From the NCBI GenBank assembly GCA_964608605.1, contig CAZSOS010000001.1, positions 117,888-181,887 on the forward strand: a stretch of DNA of 64,000 nucleotides. Direction: 5' to 3'. A program made the translations under genes and the position numbers. This DNA comes from an uncultured Candidatus Saccharibacteria bacterium. Its GTDB lineage: Bacteria > Patescibacteriota > Minisyncoccia > Phycocordibacterales > UBA918. The notes under the pieces are model-generated. The model was not told the DNA's origin, made no database searches, and was given only the letters and a program-made list of their open reading frames with translations. Below, in pieces: positions 7,893 to 20,500 of the stretch; the stretch's first letter is position 1; each line of letters begins with the position of its first letter.

Positions 7893-8678
7893 ATGTTCGC
7901 AAAGACTGCACACGCGGCCGAAGGCCTCTCCATACACCTGGCTCCCGACACGGTCACCACTCTATTTGGCGTACCCCTTACCAATACTTTGATGACAGTG
8001 TGGCTTACCATGGCGGTATTGATAGGATTGGCGCTACTGGTACGTAGCCGCCTGTCGCTAGTGCCGGGCAAGTTGCAGAATTTTTTCGAAATGGTCATCG
8101 GCGGGGTCTATGAATACATGGCCGACGTGCTGGAAAGCCGCCCTTTGGCGCGCAAATTCTTTCCGCTGGTGATGACCATCTTTTTGTTTATCCTTCTCAT
8201 GAACTGGATCGGTCTCCTGCCGGGCGTGGATTCCATCGGCATCCATAAAGAAGTGGAATCGCACGGGGAAGTGGTGCAGAAGCTGATACCATTTTTCCAT
8301 CCGGCCGCCACCGACCTCAACATCACCATCGCCTTCGCGCTGGTGGCCTTCGTGGCCATCGAGTTGGCCGGGGTGACGCTCTTAGGTTTCTTCAAGTACG
8401 CTGGCAAGTTCGTCAACTTCTCGTCGCCTCTAGCGTTCATCATCGGCCTCATCGAGCTGTTGTCCGAGATCGCGCGGCTGATCTCCTTTTCGTTCCGTCT
8501 ATTCGGAAACATCTTCGCCGGCAAGACGCTCTTGATGGTGGTGATGTTCCTGGCCACGCCTTACTTGCTGCCGGTACCGCTCATTGCCTATGAGCTGTTC
8601 GTGGGATTCATCCAGGCGTTCATCTTCGCCATCCTGACCTTGTATTTCATCAAGCTGGCGATCGAAGAACCGCACTAA
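7893..8678 (+). CDS. atpB: F0F1 ATP synthase subunit a
   Basis: RLFGNIFAG motif with essential Arg, 5 TM helices; first gene of atp operon. Confidence 0.9.
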   Translation: MFAKTAHAAEGLSIHLAPDTVTTLFGVPLTNTLMTVWLTMAVLIGLALLVRSRLSLVPGKLQNFFEMVIGGVYEYMADVLESRPLARKFFPLVMTIFLFILLMNWIGLLPGVDSIGIHKEVESHGEVVQKLIPFFHPAATDLNITIAFALVAFVAIELAGVTLLGFFKYAGKFVNFSSPLAFIIGLIELLSEIARLISFSFRLFGNIFAGKTLLMVVMFLATPYLLPVPLIAYELFVGFIQAFIFAILTLYFIKLAIEEPH

Positions 8679-8821
8679 TCGTGATCAGACGGGAGTCAGG
8701 CTTCAGGCTTGGTTCCCGTCTGCTCGTGAGCAGATTATTTAATAGCACTTAGCACTTAGGTTTTAGCGGTTAGGTGTGCCAGCCAAGCTGGCACACCGTG
8801 CTAAGAACCAAGTGCTAATAA

Positions 8822-9064
<243 letters not shown>

Positions 9065-9226
9065 AACTCCCGAAATTGGCGGCCTCACGCCCGCTTCCCT
9101 CAGCGTTTCGGTCGCTGGACAATTTGTCCCGCTTCTCTCAACGCTTCAGTCCAGCGAGCGTGGTCCCATCCAATTTCGTAAGTTTAAGATCTATACGCTA
9201 TCAGCTATTCGCTAAACGCTAACCTT

Positions 9227-9670
9227 ATGGACTCCCTTATCCAAGCCTTCGGCATCGATGCTCGTCTCATCACCATCCAGGTGCTGAACTTCATCGTGCT
9301 GGCCGGTCTCTTGAGCTACTTCCTCTACAAGCCGGTCTTGCGGCTTTTGGAAGAGCGGGAGGGAAAGATCAAGCAGGGTCTTGAAGACGCCGATAACGCC
9401 AAGAAGGCGCTCGCGGGCGCCGAGGAGGAGAAGCGGGAGATCCTGTCGGTCGCGCAGTCCAGCGCTGCTGACATGGAAAAGCGCGCCGTGGCTCACGCCC
9501 GCGAAAGCGGCGCCGCCATCGTCGACGCCGCCCACCAGTCGGCGGCGGACAAGATCAAGCAGGCCGAAGCGCGAGCTAAGGCCATCGAAGCCGAGGCGCT
9601 AAAGCAAAGCGAAGCCGAGGTCGCCAAGATGGCGGTCCTGGCCGCCGAAGCCATCCTTAAGAAGTCATAG
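9227..9670 (+). CDS. atpF: F0F1 ATP synthase subunit b
   Basis: N-terminal TM helix followed by long Ala/Glu/Lys-rich coiled coil; position in operon. Confidence 0.8.
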   Translation: MDSLIQAFGIDARLITIQVLNFIVLAGLLSYFLYKPVLRLLEEREGKIKQGLEDADNAKKALAGAEEEKREILSVAQSSAADMEKRAVAHARESGAAIVDAAHQSAADKIKQAEARAKAIEAEALKQSEAEVAKMAVLAAEAILKKS

Positions 9671-9676
9671 TCAGAC

Positions 9677-10051
9677 ATGAACGCGCAACTAAAACGATAC
9701 GTCGAAGCCGCGGCCGCCCTTCTCAAGGAGGGGATGGCCGTCGACGTGGTCCTCCGGAATCTGCGCCGGATCATGGACGACCGCGGCCACGGCAAGATGT
9801 ACCAAGCGGTAGCGCGGGCGCTGGCTCGGACCTATCCTTCGATCGAACGCTCCGTAACCCCGCTGTTGACCGTGGCCAAGGAGTCGGACGCCGCCAAGTA
9901 CCGACAGCTCGTCGGCGACAAGGATGTGGAGGTCAAGATAGACCCTTCGATCATCGGCGGCTACGTTCTGACCGAAAACTTCACCCGCCGGGACAATAGC
10001 TATCGATCCAAACTGCTCACGTGGTATCGGTCGGCTATTGCCTCAAAATAA
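9677..10051 (+). CDS. atpH: F0F1 ATP synthase subunit delta (short, 124 aa)
   Basis: C-terminal IDPSIIGGYVL OSCP/delta signature; operon position. Confidence 0.7.
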   Translation: MNAQLKRYVEAAAALLKEGMAVDVVLRNLRRIMDDRGHGKMYQAVARALARTYPSIERSVTPLLTVAKESDAAKYRQLVGDKDVEVKIDPSIIGGYVLTENFTRRDNSYRSKLLTWYRSAIASK

Positions 10052-10117
10052 AAAAGTAAATGTCAAAATAAAAATATAGTCTTTTGACATTTGAGTTTTA
10101 AATTTTAAATTAACAAC

Positions 10118-11686
10118 ATGAGTACCAACATCGTAGAGAAATTGAAGCAGGAGATCGCCGGGCTCGCCGCCGAAGCGCCGGCCGAGAAGGTGGGCGTCGT
10201 TACGGCCGTTTCCGACGGTATCGTCGAGATCGAAGGCTTGCGAGCGGCCAAGATGATGGAGATGGTCTCGTTCGACCAAAGCGAAGGACGTGAACTCAAG
10301 GAAGCCTTGGGCCATTCCGGCGCGCTCTTCGGTTTGGTACTCAACCTCGAGGAGGATGGCGTCAAGGCGGTGGTCTTGGGAGACGCCACCAAGGTGAAGG
10401 AGGGAATGACCGTGCGCCAGACCGGCCAGCTTTTGTCGATACCGGTCGGCGAGGGGATGATCGGTCGCGTGGTCAGCCCTCTCGGCGAGGCCATCGACGG
10501 GCTCGGTGCGATCAAGGGCAATAAGGACATGCCGATCGAGCGCGTGGCTTACGGCGTGATGGACCGTTCGGCGGTGAACGAGCCGCTTCATACCGGCATC
10601 AAGGCTATCGACTCGATGATCCCGATCGGCCGCGGCCAGCGCGAGCTCATCATCGGCGACCGCGGCACCGGCAAGACCACCATCGCCATCGACACCATCA
10701 TCAACCAGAAGTACGAGCCGAAGGAGAAGCGCCCGATCTGCATCTACGTGGCCATCGGCCAGAAGCGCAGTAAGACCGCTAGCCTCATGGCTAAGCTGGA
10801 GGCTGCCGGTGCCATGGAGTACACCATCATCGTCGCTACTTCGGCTTCCGAGGCCTCACCATTGCTCTTCTTGGCTCCCTTTGCCGGCGCCGCCATCGGT
10901 GAATACTTCATGGAGCAGGGACGTGATGTCCTAGTGGTCTTCGACGACCTTTCCAAGCACGCCAACGCCTATCGCCAGATGTCTCTCTTGCTCCGCCGTC
11001 CGCCGGGACGCGAGGCCTATCCGGGCGACATCTTCTACTTGCATTCTCGTCTTTTGGAGCGCTCCGCCAAGCTCTCCAAGGAGCTCGGCGGCGGATCGAT
11101 CACCGCGCTGCCGATCATCGAGACCCAGGAGGGAGACGTGTCGGCCTACATCCCGACCAACGTCATCTCCATTACCGATGGCCAGATATTCCTGGAAGGC
11201 GATCTCTTCAACAAGGGCATCCGCCCGGCTTTGAACGTCGGCATCTCAGTGTCGCGCGTGGGATCGAGTGCTCAGACAAAGGCCATGAAGAAAGTGGCTG
11301 GCAAGATTCGTCTGGAGCTGGCGCAGTTCCGCGAGCTCGAGGCTTTCATGCAGTTCGCCTCCGATCTCGATGAGGAGACCAAGGCCCGCATCGATTCCGG
11401 CCGCAAGTACGTGGAGCTTTTGAAACAGAGTCAGAACGCGCCGGTGCCGTTCTACGAACAGGTAGTGGCCATCTACGCCGCCAACTCCGGGATCTTCGAC
11501 GGCACCACCCCGGAGAAGGTGCGGGAGCTGGAAGCCGCTTGGATCGCGTTCTTGAAGCGTGACCGCGATGATATCATCAATGATATCAAGACCGGCCGCG
11601 AGCTCACTGACGAAATAGTCGGCAAGCTGGACACCGCCATCGGGGACTTCAAAGATTCGCACCCGCAATTCTATGGAATCGTGTAA
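10118..11686 (+). CDS. atpA: F0F1 ATP synthase subunit alpha
   Basis: Walker A GDRGTGKT, full-length alpha homology. Confidence 0.95.
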   Translation: MSTNIVEKLKQEIAGLAAEAPAEKVGVVTAVSDGIVEIEGLRAAKMMEMVSFDQSEGRELKEALGHSGALFGLVLNLEEDGVKAVVLGDATKVKEGMTVRQTGQLLSIPVGEGMIGRVVSPLGEAIDGLGAIKGNKDMPIERVAYGVMDRSAVNEPLHTGIKAIDSMIPIGRGQRELIIGDRGTGKTTIAIDTIINQKYEPKEKRPICIYVAIGQKRSKTASLMAKLEAAGAMEYTIIVATSASEASPLLFLAPFAGAAIGEYFMEQGRDVLVVFDDLSKHANAYRQMSLLLRRPPGREAYPGDIFYLHSRLLERSAKLSKELGGGSITALPIIETQEGDVSAYIPTNVISITDGQIFLEGDLFNKGIRPALNVGISVSRVGSSAQTKAMKKVAGKIRLELAQFRELEAFMQFASDLDEETKARIDSGRKYVELLKQSQNAPVPFYEQVVAIYAANSGIFDGTTPEKVRELEAAWIAFLKRDRDDIINDIKTGRELTDEIVGKLDTAIGDFKDSHPQFYGIV

Positions 11687-11790
11687 TTTTGAGTTTCAAA
11701 TTTCGAATTAATTTCTAATGAACTAATTTTGAAACATTCGGTTATTCAAAATTGTATCGAAATTCGAAAGTCATCATTCAAGATTCGCTT

Positions 11791-12699
11791 ATGGCATTAA
11801 AGCAAGTTAAAAACAAAATAATCGCCACCAAGAAGACCGGGCAGGTGACCAAGGCCATGGAGGCCGTTTCGGCGGTAAAGATGCGCAAAAGCCAAGAGAA
11901 GGCTTTCGTTGGCCGGCCGTACGTGCGCTCGGCGCTGCGCGTCTTAGCGCGCCTGAGCGCCTCCGAGGAGGGCCTTTCGCACGCGTTTGCCAAGAAGCGC
12001 GTGGGTGAAGGGAAGCACCTTCTGGTGGTCGTGACTAGCGACAAAGGCTTGGCCGGTTCGGTGAACAGCGCCGTGCTGAAGAAGGTGGACGAACTACAAG
12101 CTCGGGGAGAGGAACTCGAGGTCATCGCCGTTGGCCGCAAGGCGGTCGAGCACGCTCTCCGGATCAAAGCGCCGCTTCATGGGGAGTATCTAAACGTCTC
12201 CGATGACGTAACCATCGCCGACACGCGAGCCATTTCGGAGACTATCTTCGAACTTTATGGGGATGAGCGATTCAAGAAAGTGTCAGTGGTCTATCAGAAC
12301 TTCCTGTCCACCTTCGAGCAGGCACCGACGGTGCGACAGATCTTGCCGCTTGATCCTTCGGAGATCGGCTACGTGATGAGTGGCATCAAGCCGAAAAGCG
12401 GCAAATGGAGCGAAGAGGCGGGTTCGGCCGAAGGCCGCGCCGACTACTTGATCGAACCGTCGGCGGAAACCGTTCTCGAGACCCTGGTGCCGCAACTCAT
12501 CAACATCATGGTCTACCACGCGCTCATCGAGAACAAGGCTTCCGAGCACTCGGCCCGCATGGTGGCCATGAAGAACGCCACCGACAAATCGAAGGAGGTG
12601 GTGAAGAGCCTGACCATCAAGTTCAATAAGGCCCGTCAGGCCGCCATCACCGCCGAAGTTTCCGAAATCACGGCAGGGGTCGAGGCGATGAACACTTAA
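11791..12699 (+). CDS. atpG: F0F1 ATP synthase subunit gamma
   Basis: MALKQVKNKIIATKKTGQVTKAMEAVSAVKMRK N-terminus and C-terminal ITAEVSEI helix; start at ATG 11791 rather than 11752. Confidence 0.85.
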   Translation: MALKQVKNKIIATKKTGQVTKAMEAVSAVKMRKSQEKAFVGRPYVRSALRVLARLSASEEGLSHAFAKKRVGEGKHLLVVVTSDKGLAGSVNSAVLKKVDELQARGEELEVIAVGRKAVEHALRIKAPLHGEYLNVSDDVTIADTRAISETIFELYGDERFKKVSVVYQNFLSTFEQAPTVRQILPLDPSEIGYVMSGIKPKSGKWSEEAGSAEGRADYLIEPSAETVLETLVPQLINIMVYHALIENKASEHSARMVAMKNATDKSKEVVKSLTIKFNKARQAAITAEVSEITAGVEAMNT

Positions 12700-12716
12700 A
12701 AATTAACTTTTAATAA

Positions 12717-14132
<1,416 letters not shown>

Positions 14133-14253
14133 CCTCATCTGCTTTGTTGCGCTTCGGAAAATAGTGCTCGCTGGACTGTCTTTGTCTCACTCACATTATT
14201 TTCCTTGCGCGCCTCGCATCTGAGGCCATCTAACCCCTTCAATCAAATACACT

Positions 14254-14496
14254 ATGAAACTACTCAATCTAACCATTTCCCGCGTCGACATGCCGTTGTT
14301 CGACGGCCCCGTAGCCTTTGTGACCGTGCCCGGTCTGGCCGGGGAAATGACCATCATGGCCGATCATGCCGCCCTGATCTCGCCGCTTAAGGCCGGCACT
14401 ATCGTGATCAGGCGGGAAGACGGGGAAGATGAGAGTCTCCAGATCGAAACCGGAACCCTCGAGATCAGCCATAACCAGGCGACGATATTGGTCTAG
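14254..14496 (+). CDS. atpC: F0F1 ATP synthase subunit epsilon (short, beta-sandwich only)
   Basis: operon position, 80 aa beta-rich N-terminal domain; lacks C-terminal helical hairpin. Confidence 0.75.
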   Translation: MKLLNLTISRVDMPLFDGPVAFVTVPGLAGEMTIMADHAALISPLKAGTIVIRREDGEDESLQIETGTLEISHNQATILV

Positions 14497-14521
14497 GTCG
14501 GTTGGAAACAGGCTTCGTTAT

Positions 14522-14555
14522 CAACGCCGCCGCCCGTAGGGCGGCGGCGTTTTCG
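14522..14555. terminator. rho-independent terminator after atpC
   Basis: AACGCCGCCGCCCgtaGGGCGGCGGCGTTTTCGG. Confidence 0.75.
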
Positions 14556-14556
14556 G

Positions 14557-14562
14557 TATAAT
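14557..14562 (+). promoter_or_regulatory. -10 box TATAAT 8 nt upstream of giant-protein ATG
   Basis: ggTATAATaaaagggtATG. Confidence 0.45.
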
Positions 14563-14570
14563 AAAAGGGT

Positions 14571-17500
14571 ATGCACCAAAGACGCGCCGCGTTTATCGGC
14601 GGTCTCAGTCTTTTTCTGTTAGTGTTGGCGATCTGCTTCTGCGTTGGCTTTGTTTTTTCAGCGCGTCAGACACCTGAAGAGAACGCGGTGAGTTCCGGTG
14701 TAGAAAAGGCAGAGCCGGTCTCGTTCTCTCCTTGGCGGACTCTCTTCTGCGGTCTGCGCTCGCTTGTCCTTTGGCCTTGTGCTGAACCGACTTCTCTCCC
14801 AGAACCTTCTATGCCCGCTCCAACCACTTCCATTGAGACGCGGCCGGTTCCGGCAGTCGATCTAGATGTCGCTACCACCTCTGCTTCAACCACGTCTTCT
14901 TCACCCTCCACCCAATACATAACTAACGAAACCATAGTCCGCCCCCTCGAACGCGAAATCATCCGCGAAATCACCATCCGCGACCAGGCCGTCGACACTT
15001 CCCGTTTCGTCACCCGTACTGAATATGATAGGCAAGTAGACGCGCTTCTGCGGTCCATTGAGAGTAAAGGTGGTAGTACCACTATAGTGGATCAAGGTGG
15101 CGGTGGAGGAGGTCCTGAAACCGACCCTGTCTTCATCGCTTCCGCCGCTTTTACCATTACTGGTGGTGATCTTTCTGATTGGAATCAGGCTTTTGGATGG
15201 GGTGATCACACCCAGGCTGGTTATCTAACTTCGTTCACCGAAAATGACCCACTTTTCTCCTCGTCCACCGCCGCTTCCATCACCAATACGGATGTCTCAA
15301 ATTGGAACCAATCTTTTGCTTCTTCAAGCGTGCTATCTATATCAGTGTCTGGTCTCATGGCGTCGTCGAGCGCTTGGGACCAGGCTTTTGGGTGGGGCGA
15401 CCACTCCCAAGCCGGATACCTCACTTCGTTCACCGAACTCGACCCCATCTTCAGCACCTCACCGGCCTTCGGCATCAGCGGCACCAATATCAGCAATTGG
15501 AATAGTACGTACACCACCGTCACCGCCTCCTCTTCACAGTGGGGAAGCGCGTACACCTTGGCCACTCTCTTGAACTCCGCTTCCTCCACCTGGAACCAAG
15601 CCTACTCCTGGGGCGACCACTCCACGGAGAACTACATCCAACAGAACACCGACGCCACTCTCGACAACGCCACCACCACCAACCTCACCACCAACACACT
15701 CACGCTCTCTGGAGCGCTCAAGACTGGTCTCTCAGACGGTTGCGTTGAAGTAGCTGGCGGTGTCCTCACTTCTCTGGGAGTGGCATGTGGCACTGGCGGC
15801 GGGGGACTGACAAACCTCAATGGCCTCACCTCTTCCTCGCAATCTTTCGCCACTTCCACTTCCGGCGGTCTTTCTCTTAACATCACCTCATCGGGAGGGG
15901 TACATACGTTTTCTGTGGGACTGCAGGCTGGTCGGACCCTGCCGCTTACCGCTAGTACCACTGAGTGGGCCAACATCAGGAACCTGGTCAACGCCTCCTC
16001 TTCACAATGGGGAAGCGCGTACACCTTGGCCAATCTCCTCAACAGCGCCTCCTCCACCTGGAACGCCGCCCATGCCTCCACCACCGCCCTCACGCCCTCG
16101 TACCTCCGCGGACTCTTCAATGCCGGTACCGGCCTCTCGTACGGCACCACCACTGGCACCTTCACCAACACCGGCGTCCTGTCGATCGGAGGGCTGAGCG
16201 GGAGCGTGGCGACGAGTTCGTTGGGGCTTGGTAACAATAGCTTCATCGGATTGTCCGACACCCCAGGTTCATATAACGCCGATCGCGTCTTGTTCACCAA
16301 TGCTGCCGGCAACGCTTTGACCGACTCCGCCAACTTCACCTATAACGGCAGCTCCGAGTTGCTGACGATCAGTGGCAACCTCGCCACCGGCTACGGCATC
16401 TCTTTGGGGTCTTCCGGAGGCATATATGCCAGTGAAGATATCCTGACCGCGGGCAACGGCATCAATATCATCGGTACCGAACACGCGGTTTTAAGGACCG
16501 GTAACGCTTACGTCTCTCTCACTGATGATGGAATCGATACTTTTGCCAATATTGCTGGTGATGGTGTCCAGCTCTACTCCCATTTTGATGACATCACCCT
16601 TCATTCCACTAATAACATCATTCTCACCGGCATCGGCAACGTCGGTATCGGCACCACCACGCCATCGCACAAGCTGACGGTGGCAGGAAACACTCTTATT
16701 GCTGGGAATGCCACTACTACGGGCAACCTAGTGGTGCAAGGGGCGGACATCGTGCTGGGAAACACTGGCATGGGTTACATAAGTAGTGCTTCAGGTGGAG
16801 TCTTGATCCTGGGGGGCGCCTCTAACGGTACCGGTGAAAATCTACGTTTTGATTTTGATATCAGTACTGGTCTTGATTTAGATGTGGTAACAGTAAGTTC
16901 TGGCACCGGTGCTAATCATTTGTTATTCCTCATGGGCCTGGAGACGATGGGAAATCTTAAGGTCGGCGGCAATATCACCGATGCTACCTGGCAGGGAAAT
17001 GATATCGACATCTCCGACTACACCAACCTCGGCGTCACCGCCACTGGTCTTTCTCTTTCTGGAGATAACATCGCTCTGACTGCTGGCTATTCCATACCAC
17101 TCACCTCTTCCACCTCAGAATGGACCACAGCGTATTCCTGGGGCGACCACGCCACGCAAGGCTACTTGACCGGCCTCGGCACTTCCACCTTCAACGGCAA
17201 CATTTCGATGGCCGGACATATCATTCCGGCGGCCGACATCACCTACGATCTCGGTTCACCCACTAGCATGTGGCGGGACGTCTACATCGGTCCGGGTTCT
17301 CTCTATATCAATGGCAAGAAGGTGTTGGAGGACGTGTCGGATACCATTACGTTGCGTACCGATCACAACCAGAATCTCGCGGTGCAGACCAGCGGTATCG
17401 GCAGTATTCATGTCAATGCTTCATCCACCGGCGGCATCACCATGGAGTCCATCTCAGGTAATATCAACATCACCTCCGCCTCTGGCAACCTCAACATCGG

Positions 17501-20500
17501 CACCACCGGCAGCGGTCAGCTCAACCTCGGCACCATTAACCAAGGCGTCTGGCACGGCACCGACGTCGACATCTCCGACTACACCAACCTCACCGTCTCT
17601 GCCACCGGCCTCACTTTGAACAACGACGCCATAGAGCTTGCTTCCGGCTATGCTATTCCACTCACCGCCAGCACCACTGAATGGATGAGCGCTCGCACTG
17701 ACGTGCTCGCGCTCACGGCCTCCTCCACCCTTTGGGATTCTTTCTACAACACCCCTTCATCCCGCCTCACCGCCGGCACCGGTCTCTACTGGAGCGGCAA
17801 TACTCTAAACGCTTCGTCGTCGGCTGACATCAACTACTGGACGTTGTCGGGAGGCAATGTTTATAGGGCTTCCGGCAATGTGGGTATCGGGACTTCCACT
17901 CCCGCTGCTAAGCTGGATGTTCAAGGTAGCTGGTTGCGTCTCCTTAATCCAAGTGGGGGATCGAGCATAACCTCGCAAAGCGTAGGAGGGGAGGCTATTT
18001 TCGCGGCGCGCAATTCGGCCAACGCTTGGACCTCCGGTGTAAACACCAGCGGACAGTATTTTATCTACGACGAGACCAATGCCAGCATACCTTTCCGTAT
18101 CTATCCTAGTTCTGCGAACAGTGTCATGTCAATCAATGGTAGTAATGTTGGTATCGGCACTACGACTCCGAACTCTAAGCTTCACCTAGCCGATGGATAC
18201 ATGCTTGTAACGCGCTCAGAGACCGCTAGTCAACCTAACTTTTATCAAGCCTTGAACTCCAGCGGCAGCGGCTTCGGTCTTAGATATACCGAGGATGCTA
18301 TCGGAAACATCCCGGCAGATGCCTGGCAGTTCAGATTATCCGGAACCAACGTCAGCCCGCTCATCTTCTCAACTTTCGACTCGACTCCGATCCTGACCAT
18401 GGCGACTTCCGGCAATATTGGCATTGGTACTACGACGCCTAACGCGGCGTTGGACATCAGTTCCACAGCTACGGGGGCTGTCACGGCAGCCTTCTTTAGA
18501 TCGAACCCAGGTGGTGCTGGGGCGGCGAATCAAAATACGATTGTGCTCGATAACCTGCAGGGTTCCGCTAACTTCAAAAATTCCATCCGACTCGCCAGTA
18601 ACGGGGCTTTGAAGTGGTCATTCGGAAATGATTACTACGGCGCTGGAGAGCAGAATTTCTTCATACATGACGCGGTATCCAACGCGGCGCGTCTCTTGAT
18701 AGATCCGGACGGCAACGTCGGTATCGGGACCACCAGTCCAAACAGTATCTTGAATATCAACACCGGCCTCTCCGGTTTTATGGGCCTTCCCGCACACGGC
18801 AGTGTAGGCTTCGGTAATTTCAGTTCTGGTAATACGGCACCTAGCATGATGGCCCGCTCGGATAATTCGACGGCCCTCCGTCTAATTAGCTTAGCAAGCA
18901 ATAGCAACACTGACGCCGACATGAACTTCGATGTCCGTGAGAACGACAACACCGACTTCGCCACCTTGACCAGTCAAGCGTTCAGCTTCAGCCGTTTTGG
19001 CAATAGCCTACTCACTATCCTACGCAGCGGCAACGTTGGCATCGGTACCTCGACGCCCAGTGCGAAGCTTAGTGTACAAGGCACCATTCGGGCAGAGAGT
19101 GTCTCATCCATTAGTACAGGGTCTGGCGTTGAAATCAACTACAACACCGGCACCGGACTCGGTAAGATCCAAGCCTATGATCGAGACGCAAGTACTTTTA
19201 AGGACTTGTGGCTAGATGGCTCTACGCTCACTCTCGCTACTGGCGGTGCTTCTCGCGTGACCATCCTTCCTTCTTCAGGAAATGTCGGTATAGGAACCAC
19301 TACTCCTCAAGCTACACTTCATCTCGGCACTTACGGCGCCACCCTCCGCCTCAATAGCCCAATAACTGGTTCTGGCATATACGGATACAATGACGCTAGT
19401 GGCGGTTTAGCTTACTCCTTCACGCGTCAATCCAACGACCTTCATATCACCGGCGCGACCGGCATCGGGTTCCAGTCTAACGCAGGTTCAGGCATAAATA
19501 CTGCTAGCACCTCGATGTATATCTCTTCCGCCGGCAACGTGGGCATCGGCACTACAACCCCAGCGAGCAGATTAAGCGTGTTTTCAACTGACAGCGTTAT
19601 CGCGGAATTCACCGCTTCGTCATCGGCAGCTACTCGAATGAAGCTAAATACCACAGGTTCCAATAAAAACGTGGGACTTAGTCTGGCAATAGACGGCATT
19701 ACTCGATGGACCAACGCCGCCTATCTCCCGAACGGGACTAACTATGACTACACGATATGGAATGACGCACTTAATAGTCCAGCCCTCCTCATTGACGGTG
19801 ACACGAACAACATCGGTATCGGCACCCTTAGTCCTGCATACAAACTCCATCTGGCCTCCGGCACGACGACGTTGGCCATGGTACCGTGGCAATCGGATGA
19901 TCTGGTAATACAAGGAGGTCTGGCAGAACAGAACGGCATCTCCATAGTCAACGGCTCCAATAAATACCTCACCTTCGTTGATGACAACATCGGCATCGGC
20001 CAGATCGGCTATTACTGGAACGGCAACATGAACTTCCTCACCGACGGCACGGAGCGAATGGTTATTAATGCCACCGGCAACGTCGGCATCGGGACCACAT
20101 CACCACTTACGAAACTCGACGTGAAGGGCTCGATCTTGATCGATCAAGGATCGAACGGACGTCTCATATTCAATAATTATACTTCTTTGTCAGATCATGG
20201 ACCATATATCGGCTACTCTACAGGTAACAATTCCATGGACATCGTGTCCGGAATGAACCCCAATGCCAATGGCGTTGGCACGGGTGGTATCCGCTTCGGT
20301 CGAGCCAGCGGTTCGTCGTGGGCCACGACCATGGTCATCGACGGCTCCGGATTGGTCGGTATAGGTACCTCAACACCTACACACAGTCTCACCGTAGGCG
20401 CGGTCAATTCGACCGTTGATCGGATTATCCGGGTCGTATCGCAAAATAACGTTGGCCTTATCCTTGAAGCCGATACGGATAATCTTACCGAGACACATAA

